From Rhynchobatus australiae (Eukaryota): a stretch of 64,000 nucleotides of DNA. The stretch's first letter is position 1, and each line of letters begins with the position of its first letter. The DNA is taken from contig JAUZTB010000064.1 in NCBI GenBank assembly GCA_034780895.1, forward strand, positions 117,542,520-117,606,519, read 5' to 3'. Made by a program: the position numbers and the translations under genes. Below the pieces are notes generated by a model. It saw nothing but the letters and a program-made list of their open reading frames with translations, ran no database searches and was not told the DNA's origin. Positions 14,166-26,901 of this stretch are shown piece after piece.

Positions 14166-15814
14166 AGTACATTCTCTTTAAAAAGTTGTCCTCCAAGTTT
14201 GGTTTTATGGCATTGTCTTTGTCTAAATCTAGTCAGTTTTATATCTGAGTTGTGATTACACAATGCTCTCCTCCTCTTCCGATGAGGTTGACATCCTTCA
14301 GGGGTTTTATTGCATGCTTCCTTTTTGGAATCTTGCAAAGTGATCTTTTTCATTTTAAGTACAGAGAGGGCTGGGTTAGGGTTAAGATAACGACCAGGAG
14401 AAGGGAACATGCAGTATTTCTCCATCCCTTTTTTTTTAACCCAAGGATGTTCNNNNNNNNNNNNNNNNNNNNNNNNNNNNNNNNNNNNNNNNNNNNNNNN
14501 NNNNNNNNNNNNNNNNNNNNNNNNNNNNNNNNNNNNNNNNNNNNNNNNNNNNNNNNNNNNNNNNNNNNNNNNNNNNNTGAGATAAGTGGGTATTAATATG
14601 ACCAACTCCCATATTGTTTATGAATAGCCAACTTCGAATGCTTTTATTTTTAAATGTCACCTGGGGCAGTTATCGTCGACTTATGATCTGCTGAAGCATA
14701 TTTTAATTGCATATTGTTAAACCTACAGCAAATAGATCTGTCATTTCTTATCATGTTTGTATTGGAGGTCAAGGGCAATATTTTTGAAAGTACAATGACA
14801 CAACACACTCATTAATATGAATGTTTTATGAAAGACCACAAAATAGGGGTTTTGAAATATTTTTAAAATATTTTGGAGATTAAATTTACAGCTATTATGA
14901 AAGATTTACCAAAGCATTGTCAATTTCAGCCTGTTGTAAGATTATTGGTTATTCTGTGGATTAAGAAATATGGACTCAGTAATTACTAATGGCATAGGAA
15001 AAGATTTGATAATAAATCATTTGTGACTTGCACACTCTCCCGAGTGTGAACACATGCAACAAGCATCAGTATTAGCACTGTTCCTCTCATATACTCAGGG
15101 ATTCTTCAGTCTTGGAGGAACAGGTACGAATTTCCAATATATGCTGCTTATACTTTTCTTTCTGTTACTAATGAGGACAAAAATGTTGGTCTGATTACAA
15201 AATAAGAAATTGCATTCTTCCCACAAAGTTATTTTATAAAGGCAAACTGTATCACAATATCTAAAGTGGGAATAATAGTACCAAATGTTTCTACTGTGTT
15301 GTACATTGTATCCTGTGTTCCATTCACAATTTACAATCACACTGGGGGGAATGATGTTATGCAGCAGAAATCGATTATCTTTTGGAGTGAAATGTGATGT
15401 CAGCCAATTGTGGATTGTTTTATCTTGCTATGGTATGTTATTTATTTGTGGGATGTGGATATTGCTTGCAGTGCCAGCATTTACTATCCATTCCTAATTA
15501 TCCTGAACTGAGGTGGTTGTTTAGAATCAACCATATTAGTGGGTCTGGAGTCACGTATAGGCTAGAGTGGGTAAGAGCCAGGCAGATTTCCTTTCCTGAA
15601 CGACATTGGACATGATGTTTTTTTTTCCCTCAAATCTGGTAGCTTTATGGTTATCATTACTCAGACCTTTACTTGATCATTTGAATTTAAATTCTGCTGT
15701 AGCATCTGATTGGGGGTGGGGAGGGGTCAAGGGTGTGGTTAAACATCTCTGAATCTCTGCAATGGAATTTGAGCTGTGCATCCAATACTTTTGGCCACTA
15801 AACTAGTGTATCCT

Positions 15815-16077
15815 TGGACACATTGGGAGCAACAAACAATCTGCTGGAGGAACTCATCAGGTCAAGCACCATCTGTTTGTGGGGGAGGGGGTGGAAGGAA
15901 CTGTTGGCGTTTTGGGTTGAGTCGCCTTTTTCNNNNNNNNNNNNNNNNNNNNNNNNNNNNNNNNNNNNNNNNNNNNNNNNNNNNNNNNNNNNNNNNNNNN
16001 NNNNNNNNNNNNNNNNNNNNNNNNNNNNNNNNGGGGTGGAAGGAACTGTTGGCGTTTTGGGTTGAGTCGCCTTTTTC
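15815..16077 (-). repeat. Penelope-like tail fragment duplicated across a gap
   Basis: ggagcaacaaacaatctgctggaggaactca...; about 40 bp repeated on both sides of the 100-N gap. Confidence 0.7.
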
Positions 16078-17529
16078 ACTTTCATGCAATTTCCACACCA
16101 AGGGTCCACAGCATTCCTTTTGGACAATGTGTTAGGGACCTTGTCTCTTGTCCTGGGAACAAACTGGGTACTCCTGAGGCAATCTTGCCTTCTGAGCACT
16201 GAGCCACATGGGGACCTCGATTCGATTAAGTCCTTTGCTTTTATCCTTGGGTCATCTCCCCTCATCTCCCCTCCCCTCCCCTCCCCTCCCACCCCATCCT
16301 GCTGCATTACACCAGCACCCACGCCCCAAATTTTTGGCCCTGACTGCCAGTCTCCTATCCTCCGTGGTAAACTGAGGACCATGATAGAGGCTTCAGTCTT
16401 GAACTACAACAACACTCCCAACCCTGTCAACAATTCCTGTATCCCCGATTGACTTAGGTGCAAGCACTTAAGGTCTGTCCCTGCAGTAACAACATCACAT
16501 GGGTCTCCAGTTCACTCACCTCCCCATTGACAGAATCAGACTTCACTGCTTATTCCACACCTGCCCTGTGATGTCCAATTCCTGGTTACCACCACAGTGA
16601 CAGTGTGGCTCAGCTGCCTTCCCCAGTGACATGCCAACATAAGGATGGTGCTTTCCTCATTAACCCCTCCACTCTGCCCACCGTGATAGTGCAGCGTTTG
16701 TGCTTTCCCCAGCCTCGTACAATCCCTATCCTTGCCCTATCTTCAGTCACAGTGACAACACAAAATATTTTTATGCCTCACTCCTCTGAATCCCCCTCTT
16801 CCCTCTCCTTCCCCCACCAATCTCTTTTTCCTCAGTGATAGCACAGGTTCTGATGCTCTTCTTCCTCAGACCATGGTGCAGGCACAAGAGGGCGTAAGGT
16901 CACCGTCCATTCCTTGGGACTAGCCACTGGGCAGCAAATTTTTGAGTTCGAAGAGGTGCCTCGCCTTAAACCTTGAGCACAATATTTGCAGCAGGAGGTA
17001 ACCAATGATGAACTGAGGTCATAAACACCCATATTGGATGTTCCCAAATTTCTAAGTCGTAGTCTCTCTTAAAGTCAAAATGATGGCGCCATTGGAGAGA
17101 GAGGTAGTGTTGACATAATGGTAGTAATGGAAATGTATTTGTGCATTTAAAAGTGCATACCACGTTATGCATTGGCAAAATGGATATGAGATAGTAGAGA
17201 GAACCCAAGAGAAGGCAGAGGGGAAAGAAAAAGCAGACATATGGTGTGAAAAGTAGCAGTGAAGCAGAGCAACCGAGAAATACTAAGCAACGTAAATGTT
17301 AAGTGATAATGTTTTGAAAATAATCATCCAGTTCTTCATTTAGAATGTGATCAACTTCTGTCCCATATATTGACCATTTATTTTTCAGTCCCTTTGAAAC
17401 TATAAAAACTTATCATGAAAGGTTTAATTTTCTCTTACTGTTTTCATTGAACCAGTTTTAAAATCCACTACATACAGTGGATAATGTTAACAAGATTTTA
17501 GGAAATTGAGAAAAGTTTTCTAAGTTAAG

Positions 17530-18120
17530 AGTTATAGTGTTACACAGCACAGAAACAGACTCTTTGGCCCAACTTGTCCATGCCAACCAAGTTGCCTACC
17601 TGAGCTGGTCCCATTTTCCTCCATTTGGCCCATATCCCTCTAAACCTTTCTTATGTATGTCTAAGTGATTTTTAAACATTGAAATTATACCCATCTCTAC
17701 CACTTCCTCTGGTAGCTCATTGCACATACCCACCACCTGTGTGTGTGTGTGGGGGGGGGGTGGGGGGAGGTGTGTGAAGAAAATACTGCCCCTCAGGTCC
17801 CCTTTAAATCTTTTTAGACTCTTCTTCTCTGGAATAAAGACTGTGACCATTCACCTTATCCATGCCCCTCATGATTTTGTATACCTCTGTAAGGTCACCC
17901 CTCAACCTCCTGCACTGCAAGGAAAAAAGTCCCAGCCTCTCCTGATAACTTGAGTCCTCCAGTCTCAGTAACATCCTTGTGAGTCTTTTTCTGCACCCTT
18001 TCCAGCTTCATGACATCCTTGCTATAACTAGGCGACCAGGACTGTGCACAACATTCCAAGTGTGGTCTCACCAATATTTTGTACAGTTATAACATGATGT
18101 CCCAACTCTTGTACTCAAAT
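17530..18120 (-). mobile_element. CR1 LINE 3' end
   Basis: - strand KRFKGDLRGSIFFT...VVGMCNELPEEVVEMG...FKNHLD...GYGPNGGKWD. Confidence 0.9.
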
Positions 18121-18429
18121 GATTTGGATTTTATGGCAGAACCAAAGACAAAGCTGAAGCAATAGCAATTAAAGCAGAAAATGCTAGAAATACTTTGTTA
18201 CACTTTCCACAGATGCTCTCCTGACCTGCTGAGTATNNNNNNNNNNNNNNNNNNNNNNNNNNNNNNNNNNNNNNNNNNNNNNNNNNNNNNNNNNNNNNNN
18301 NNNNNNNNNNNNNNNNNNNNNNNNNNNNNNNNNNNNCCACAGATGCTCTCCTGACCTGCTGAGTATTTCAACTCTTCTGGCATTTTTTTTGGTTTTTATT
18401 TTGGAATTAAAAGACCTGCAGTTGTTTGC

Positions 18430-19780
18430 TTTTTGATTACTGAAGGGTTTGGAGCCACGTGCAGCCAAAAGTGTGGAGTAGCTACTCCACATCAGCTTCC
18501 TACTGAGGTGCCTACCTTCACAGAAACCAGTCTTCAGCTAACCCAGAATAGGGTTATGTTACCTCCTTTTATGATGGTAAAATGTGGCTCGGAGCAAAGG
18601 ATGTAGCATTAGACGATATGTTGGCTGCAGGACTGAAGACATGTTAAAGTTCTTGCCCCATCTCTGGCCAAGTACTCTGGTGCAGTTGCAATACTGGCAC
18701 ATACTTGCAATGTGGAAATTTGCCGAGAAGTGTACTGCACATAAAGCATGAGAAAAATCTAATCCAGTTAATTACTGCCTAATCAATCTACTCACTTCTC
18801 ACCAAAGTAATGGAAAGTATTGTCGACGGTGCCATTAAGCAGCACCTCCTCAACTGTAACCTCGCGATGCTCAGTTCAGGATTTGCTAGGACAACTCTAC
18901 TCCACACCTTATCGTGGCCTTGGATCAAAGCGTAGAATTCCACATGTGAGCTGAAATTGCCCTTGACGTAAAGAAAGCATTATGCTGAATGTGGTACAGT
19001 AACGTTGGAAGTCAGTGGTCATCAAGGGAAAAACACTCCTCTGGTTGAAGTCAGGGAAGTTGGTTGTTCTACGTTGGTCATTAGCAGCCCAAGGACCCTA
19101 TTGCAGCAGTTTTTCGGGGCAGTGACCATAAGATAAGATATGTTTATTAGTCACGTATATCGAAACACACAGTGAAATGCATCTTTTCCATAGTGTTCTG
19201 GGGGCAGCCCGTAAGTGTTGCCACACTTCTGGCGCCAACATAACATGCCCACAATGTCCTAACCCATATGTCTTTGGAATGTGGGAGGAAACCAGAGCAC
19301 CCAGAGGAAACCCACGCAGACACTGGGAGAAACTCCTTGCAGACGGTGGCTGGAATTGAACTCAGGTCTCTGGCACTGTAATAGTGTTACGCTAACCGCT
19401 ACACTACAGTGCCTGCTTCAATAATCATCTTTCCATCCATCAGGTCAGAAGTGGAGATGTACAGTGAATAGTGAGCGATGTTCAATTCCTTTCACAATCC
19501 CTCAAAAATTAAAGCAGTCCGTGACTGCATGCAGCAAGCCTTTACATGGATTTCCACTACCACCATCACGTAGTAGCTGCACAGTCTGCAATGTGGACTG
19601 CTCTTTCTTGCCTCCAAAACCCATGGCCTTTACTACTGAAGGACTAATGGGAACACCACCAGCTGCATGTTATTTCTAAGTCATGCATGATATAGACTTG
19701 CAAGTGTATCACCATTCCAAATCCTACAACTTCCTATGCATCACCACCTTCTGAAGAACCATTAGAGATCTGTAGGAAAA
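18430..19780 (+). mobile_element. Ancient CR1/L2-group LINE RT fragment interrupted by a SINE
   Basis: Decayed WKIA..VHKK..KSNP.NY.PISLLS..SKVME..AQFGF segment at about 18700-18890. The sequence resumes after the SINE at 19416. Confidence 0.7.
19129..19416 (-). mobile_element. tRNA-derived V-SINE with (TCTTA)n tail
   Basis: On the - strand: A box GCGGTTAGC, B box GAGTTCAATTCC, V-domain GTGGGTTTCCTC.GGGTGCTCTGGTTTCCTCCCACA. Homologous to 47319-47616. Confidence 0.9.
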
Positions 19781-20188
19781 AAGAAATCATAGAATATCAT
19801 AGAAGGTGAATGTATATTATTGTTCATCGAGAAAGCAATCTTCAGTTCCCAACCACCTCCACACCTGGCACTTAATATTAAGTTATTTTGTGTGCTTTTT
19901 GCCTGTCAACTGACCACAAAGAAACCACTCTTCTCTTTTTAAGAGTTTCCAAATAAAACACCTGAAAAAAAATCTGTACTTGGAAAATGTCTCTTCATGT
20001 GATGTGCTACATACACAATCTCCCCACAAGGCTTGAATTTTTCAATATACAGTTTACAAAAACCAAACACTGGTTGCTGGAAATCTGAAATTAAAACAGA
20101 ACATGCAGGAAATTCCTAACATCAAGCAACATCTGGAGACAGAGTGTGAGTTACTGTTTTAGATCAGTGATAAAACATTGACCTGAAG

Positions 20189-20414
20189 CACTGAATATAC
20201 AAAAGTTTGGGCACCCCTTGTCAAAATTTCTATTACTGTGAATAGCTAAGCAAATAAAAGATGACCTGATTTTCAAAAGGCAAAAAGTTAAAGATGACTC
20301 ATTTCTTTAATATTTTAAGCAAGATTACTTATTTCCATCTTTTACAGTTTCAAAATAACAGAAAAGGGCCTGAAGAAAAAGTTTGGGCACCCTGCATGGT
20401 CAGTACTTAGTAAC
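20189..20414 (+). mobile_element. Tc1-like DNA transposon terminal IR/DR; remainder in gap
   Basis: 16-bp direct repeat AAAAGTTTGGGCACCC at 20201-20216 and 20377-20392 bracketing about 200 bp of AT-rich sequence, the IR/DR architecture of Tc1 elements. Confidence 0.8.
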
Positions 20415-20869
20415 NNNNNNNNNNNNNNNNNNNNNNNNNNNNNNNNNNNNNNNNNNNNNNNNNNNNNNNNNNNNNNNNNNNNNNNNNNNNNNNNNNNNNN
20501 NNNNNNNNNNNNNNNNNNNNNNNNNNNNNNNNNNNNNNNNNNNNNNNNNNNNNNNNNNNNNNNNNNNNNNNNNNNNNNNNNNNNNNNNNNNNNNNNNNNN
20601 NNNNNNNNNNNNNNNNNNNNNNNNNNNNNNNNNNNNNNNNNNNNNNNNNNNNNNNNNNNNNNNNNNNNNNNNNNNNNNNNNNNNNNNNNNNNNNNNNNNT
20701 TAAAGTAGATTTGTGAAGCAAGTATTTTTTTTACAGAGTGGTAGCTGCTTAGAACGTGCTGCCAGAAGAGGTAATAGAAGCAGATATGATGATAATAACA
20801 TTTAAGAGGCATTTTGACAGACATGTAAGCAGGCAGGCAACAGAGGGATATGACATGCAGCTGGAAACT

Positions 20870-21350
20870 CAAGATGGCTGTTGCCGATAGAGTGCAGGTG
20901 CTCTGCAAAATGGTCACCTAGTCTGTGCCTGGTCTCTCCAATGTGGTTGGAGAGTGCACCTGAATCTCCTCCTCACCTTGAAGGGCTGTTTAGGTCCCTG
21001 GGTGATGGTGAAGTGACAAGTATAGCACCTATGGTTAGCAGGGGAAAGCATCAGGGACAGGAAGGGCTGGGTGGGAAGGAATGAGTGAACCAGGGAGTCA
21101 CAGAGAGAGTGGTCCCTGTGGAATGCAGAAAGAGGGAGGGGAGAAGATGTGGCTGGTGGTGAGATACTGGTGGAAGTGGCGAATGATATCGTGGATGAAA
21201 ATGATGATGGGTGAAAGGTAAGGACCAGGGGAACTCTTATCTGTTCTGTTTGGGGAGAGGGGACAGTGAGAGCAGACATACAGGAAATGGAAGAAATGTA
21301 CGTGAGGGCTCTGTCAACCACGGCAAAGGGGAGGCCGCATTTCCTGAAAT
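20870..21350 (-). mobile_element. Penelope-like element internal fragment
   Basis: - strand VDRAL...RVPLVLTFHP...AFHRDHSLCDSLVHS...QGPKQPFKVRRRFRC. Confidence 0.8.
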
Positions 21351-23494
21351 GCAGTGAAAATACATGGTAAACTTTTGAACCTGATCTCTGTTTTGTGCAG
21401 TCAATGACAGACCTGAAAAGCTGTAGGTACAGACAATATTGAACTATTCCTTCAATATTATGCCTGCTGGAAAAAGTAAATAAGAGGTTTGAGTTCAGGG
21501 AAAGTGATCAGCCTGACCTGAAGCCTGGCTCTTGTATCACATAGGTAGGATTTGCTGCTGGGTTGAAATACAATTTTTGTTGTCCAGTAAGTCTCTGATC
21601 CACTCTGTATGCGTGAGCAAAACAACTCTCCCTCCTATTCTGCATTCACTGTGTGCATTGTGTGAGATTTCAAAACTAGCCTGAGAACCTTAGAACATGT
21701 CAAGAATTTTGAGATGTTTGTTGTTTTCGCTTGTTGGGAGTAGGCTGAACCAAAACAAAAATCACTGTGCTGACATTTAGAATTGTAAGCTCTTTACTGC
21801 ACTGGCCATGAGTCAGTGGTGGTGGTACTTCCATGTCAGAAAGTCATGGGTTCAGGTCCAACTTGCCGGACTTGAACATAATGACCGGATCTTCTGATAA
21901 CCAAGCTGCCAGAGCTTGCAAGTTATCTGTAGCATTTCCATGGGAAAGTCTTCTGCTGGGAAGGTGGATCCCAAGTGAGCTGAGCACAGGACAGCCCTCA
22001 CCTCCAGAGTTCCTTTGTGAAACCAGTTAACCTGGAGCTTCTTATTTGTTGGATATCAGAGACTGAGGGTTTGTGAATGTCAGTGAAGTTCAAAAATGCT
22101 CAGTTAAAAAAGATTAAGTATACCATTACAAAATTTAAAAATACTTAAAAACATAACTATTGAGAGCAATAAAATTCTTTTAAAATAACGCAAGTAGTGG
22201 AAATGAAAGTGCCCTTCTCTGTCCAACTAATTTTTCCCATTTAAGATTCATCGGCTTGCTTCACCTGCCACGGGCTCTGCAGCCAAATTTTGCAGCCCAA
22301 TTACTCTGAAGTCTGTGGAAATTCATGTTTACCCCACTGGACTCTGATCAGTCAGCAGTAATCAGCTGTGTGGAAGTTCAGAACATCTGCCTTTTGCCTG
22401 GAAATCCTGATACTCATCATATATGTGGATTCAAAGCTGAAAACTATCAATTTTTAAGCAGAAAGCTTGTGAGCAATCTACACTGGCGCTTCATTGAAGC
22501 ACTGTTGGAAGTGCACTCTCTTGAATGAAATTATGAAACCAATATCTTGTCAGTTTTTCAGGTGGATGTAAAGCATAAGGAAGAGCAGTGTTATCTGCTC
22601 AACATTTATTCTTTACCCATTATTTAAAAAACTGTTTGGGTCATTTATTGCATTGCTATTTTTGGATAACTATTTCTCCCCATATCGTCAAAAACTGCAC
22701 TTTAAAAGTACTTGATTGTCTGTAAAGTCTTTTGGAATTTTCTGAGGTCATGAATTGTGCTGTCTCAATTATGTTAGTGTAGTTGTTCTTTNNNNNNNNN
22801 NNNNNNNNNNNNNNNNNNNNNNNNNNNNNNNNNNNNNNNNNNNNNNNNNNNNNNNNNNNNNNNNNNNNNNNNNNNNNNNNNNNNNNNNNNNTGAGGTCAT
22901 GAATTGTGCTGTCTAAATTATGTTAGTGTAGTTGTTCTTTTGTTAAAATAGATTCTGGCTTCAGCAGAGGACTTTCAGTATTAATAAATTTTGGCAAAAC
23001 TGGTCTCTGTGGCCAGAGGCATGCATGAGAATTTAAATTTGACTTATTTTTGCATATTTGTGTTCCATAGCTTTCATTTTGCATTAAACGCAAAACTGTA
23101 ATGATCATTTAACATTAGATACCAATGGTTTTTAGATAAAAGACACAAAGGTTATTGTGTCCCATGGACAAACCTTGAAGTCTCCCATTTTCAAAGCAGA
23201 CCGCCTGCTTTTCTCCACGGATGCTGCCCAGTCTGCTGAGTTCCTCCAGCATCATAGTGTTTTACATCTAGATTCCAGCATTTGCAGTCCTTTGTTTCTT
23301 TTTACAAAGAGCTAAGCTTGTCTGCCCATGTATCTTGAATTTTCTGTATATTCACAGACATATATTTCAGTTGCCTTTCCAGACTAGCATCCATTACTTC
23401 AATACTTTTTATTCTTTTGGAGTCTCCTGTCTGCTCCCTGTAGTCCAATCATGCCTTCCTACATCCCTCTAATCATGGATAGTTGTTGACTTCT

Positions 23495-23582
23495 CTCCCC
23501 CCCTCCCCCCTCCCCTCTCCCCCCTTCCCCCTCTCCTCTCCTCTCTCTCTCCTCTCCTCTCCTCCCCAACCCCCCAACCCTA
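23495..23582. repeat. Polypyrimidine (CCCCT/CTCTC) low-complexity tract
   Basis: Direct inspection. Confidence 0.85.
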
Positions 23583-24037
23583 CAATGTCACTGCCAGTCA
23601 CTCCCCTAATCCTGTGCCACTAAGTGCTGGGCTTGAATTTGCAGTTGGAGAACCCAGATCATGTCACGTCACATTTTGTCAACTGCATGATTTATAATCA
23701 ATGAAAATTTTAAAGGAAACTGTGGTTTGCATTGTGAAACATCAAGCCCTGATGCAGAGTCTTGACCCAAAACATCAACCATCCCTCTGCCTTCACAGGT
23801 GCTGCCTAACCCACTGAGTTCCTCCAGCAGTGTGTTTTAAGTCTGTAATATTCCTGCTGAGTTCTCCATGCATTCAACATTCTAAAGCCTAGCGGAGCCT
23901 GGATATGTTCTATGGTGTCCTGCAGCATGCAACACACAACAGGGTGCAATATCTGGGATTTAGTTTCACAGGGGCATGGCTGTGGATGGCAGAAGAAGCA
24001 AGTTATCACAATGCCTCAACGTGACTTAAAGGGGATG

Positions 24038-24222
24038 CACAAGAGACTGCAGATTCTGGAATCTGAAGCAAAAATCAAACTGCTGGAGGAACTCAGTGGG
24101 TCAGGCAGTGTCTGTGGAGGAAAAGTCCTGTTGCAGGTTCTTGACCTGAAATGTGGACCATTCCTTTCCCTCCAAAAATGTAGCCTGGCCTGCTGTGTTC
24201 TTCCAGCAGTTTGTTCTTTATT
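24038..24222. repeat. Inverted pair of Penelope-like tails (hairpin-shaped)
   Basis: aaactgctggaggaactcag...tggagg is followed by its imperfect reverse complement cctcca...ctgtgttcttccagcagttt. Confidence 0.75.
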
Positions 24223-25891
24223 ACTTAAAGGGGACCAGCCTGGTGGTATTTCTCCACTTTCAGGGATATTGTGACTGATGTCTCCACCTTGTACTCCTAC
24301 ATACGTTAAGAATTGGTTAAATCAGCAAAAATATATGAACTTGCTGATCTGATTAGCTCAACTACCCATCACCTTTACATGGAATCTGATGTGAGGTTAT
24401 CAAACTAAAACATTGTTCTCCTCTCATGACAAGTGCCCACCTGTCTAGCATTTGCTAGTTTTTAGTGATGAACCTGCCTCTTATCCAATCAACATGTGAG
24501 TGAGAGAGTGTAATAAGTAATATAGTTGTCTGAAGGTTGGCCCATTTCAAGTGCTGACTAAGTCTCTTCATTTGTTTTTCTCATTTCAGTGATCCTGTGA
24601 GACTACATTTTATTTCGCTGAATATTAGTAGGGGGAAAAAACATACATGATTACTTTATAATCTATTTGCTGTAGTTCATTTTTCCCTGACTTTCCTTTT
24701 GATCTCCTAAAATACGTTAACTGTTTAGATGCCTGTTCAGCCGTTAAGTTTGATTTTCTGTTTTTGTGAGTAATCAGTTTTGAAAACGAAAATAATAGAC
24801 TGGTCATTTAATGTTGCACGTAAAAATTTGTCTCTACAAGTAGAAAGATGACCTATTTGAATGGGCCCAGTTAATTATTTTGTGTGACAGTTATAGCTTG
24901 GGCAAATGAAGCCTCAAATTTGTGCACAGTGTGTTTCAAACAGCAATGTGATTAAATGACAGTTAATCTATTTTGATAGTGTTGCATGTGAAATGTGTAT
25001 TTGGTAGGTCCCTAGATTAGTTCCTACACTTTTTTTGTAAAATAGCCAGGAGATCTTTCATATCTGCTTAAGAAGGGAGAGTCTTGGTTTAATATCCTTT
25101 ACTCCTGCTGACTGCACTACATTCTGTGCCCAGGTCCAGGATTCAGTCATAATACTCACTACTTTACTCTGGTGTGAATGTTATCAACAAGGCCAACATG
25201 TTGTCTGCTGTACCTCCGATTAAATTGATTCAGGCATTCCAACATAAAACTAGAAATTGCATTGGCAGCTGTTTTCCCTCTGCAAATTGCTAAAAAAGAC
25301 NNNNNNNNNNNNNNNNNNNNNNNNNNNNNNNNNNNNNNNNNNNNNNNNNNNNNNNNNNNNNNNNNNNNNNNNNNNNNNNNNNNNNNNNNNNNNNNNNNNN
25401 NNNNNNNNNNNNNNNNNNNNNNNNNNNNNNNNNNNNNNNNNNNNNNNNNNNNNNNNNNNNNNNNNNNNNNNNNNNNNNNNNNNNNNNNNNNNNNNNNNNN
25501 NNNNNNNNNNNNNNNNNNNNNNNNNNNNNNNNNNNNNNNNNNNNNNNNNNNNNNNNNNNNNNNNNNNNNNNNNNNNNNNNNNNNNNNNNNNNNNNNNNNN
25601 NNNNNNNNNNNNNNNNNNNNNNNNNNNNNNNNNNNNNNNNNNNNNNNNNNNNNNNNNNNNNNNNNNNNNNNNNNNNNNNNNNNNNNNNNNNNNNNNNNNN
25701 NNNNNNNNNNNNNNNNNNNNNNNNNNNNNNNNNNNNNNNNNNNNNNNNNNNNNNNNNNNNNNNNNNNNNNNNNNNNNNNNNNNNNNNNNNNNNNNNNNNN
25801 NNNNNNNNNNNNNNNNNNNNNNNNNNNNNNNNNNNNNNNNNNNNNNNNNNNNNNNNNNNNNNNNNNNNNNNNNNNNNNNNNNNNNNNNNNN

Positions 25892-26395
25892 GAAAGCATC
25901 CTATCTGGATGCATCACGGCTTGGTATGGCAACTGCTCTGCCTGGGACCACAAGAAACTGCAGAGAGTTGCGGACACAGCCGAGCATATCACGGAAGCCA
26001 GCCTCCCCTCCATGGACTCTGTCTATAACCCTCGTTGTCTTGGTGAAGCAGTCAGCATAATCAAAGACCCCACCCACCTAGGTCATTCTTTCTTCTCCCC
26101 TCTCCCATCAGGCAGAAGATTCAGGAGCCTGAGGGCATGTACCACCAGGCTCAAGGACAGCTTCTATCCCACTGTAATGTCGATTGAACGGTTCCCTTAT
26201 ACGATGAGATGGACTCTTGACCTCACAATTTACCTTGTTATGACCTTGCACCTTAGTATCTACCTGCACTGCACTTCCTCTGTAGCTGTGACACTTCACT
26301 CTTAATGCACTGTGCAATGAATTGATCTGTGTGAACGGTATGCAAGACAAGTTTTTCACTGTACCTCAGTCCAAGTGACAATAATATACCAATAC
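25892..26395 (+). mobile_element. Rex1/Babar-type LINE 3' end (5' part in gap)
   Basis: ESILSGCITAWYGNCSAWDHKKLQRV...IIKDPTHLGHSFFSPLPSGRRFRSL...TTRLKDSFYP, then 3'UTR ending tttcactgtacctc..gtgacaataa. Confidence 0.9.
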
Positions 26396-26651
26396 ATTAC
26401 AGAATATTTTGTTAAATCTTGTATTCATCCAAACCTCTTGTCACTTTTCTAAGTTGTTTCCCACTGGTTTCTTTCTTCCTTCTAAACCAGTCAAATTTCT
26501 AATTTTTCCTTTAGTTTCCTTTACTTATTTTTCAGATAATTTCTTTCTGACAGGAGAAAGCAAGACATTTAAAGCACTGGTCAACAATTATTTATAAACC
26601 CAACAGAGGAGAGATTCTAAAGGTTTTTTAGGGTGGTGTTAACCATGCTAT

Positions 26652-26901
26652 TGTAGCGACTCACTGTTCATGAACTGGCTCCCACAATCGCAAGCGTCGT
26701 CGGAGGCCCTGATACAAGATGGCGCGCCACTCCTCCTCCTTTGGGCTAGGGGAGCCCGCGCGCGGGAAGGTCATGTGACCCTGTGTGACGTCAGTGCAGG
26801 AACTGTGTTTATTAAAGGGGCAGCGCACCCCGGTCGTTCATTCGACTCTTTTACTTCAAACAACTGTCTCGTGTCTTTATTAAGCATATCTAGCCGCTAC
26901 A
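26652..26901 (+). mobile_element. Solo LTR, about 250 bp (Gypsy-like), copy 1
   Basis: Termini TGTAGCG...CGCTACA (7-bp inverted, TG..CA). Flanked by CTAT and CTA(N), a probable 4-bp TSD. CpG-rich. Orientation is tentative. Confidence 0.8.

Noticed and set aside
15099-15123. Possible microexon (cag|GGATTC...GAACAG|gtacga)
   Set aside because: 25 nt is not frame-preserving and shows no INPP4 similarity.
25159-26305. Long ORFs of 267-347 aa (also 20342-20917, 49501-50256, 62693-63133)
   Set aside because: Length comes from N runs; the only real coding part is the Rex1/Babar RT tail.
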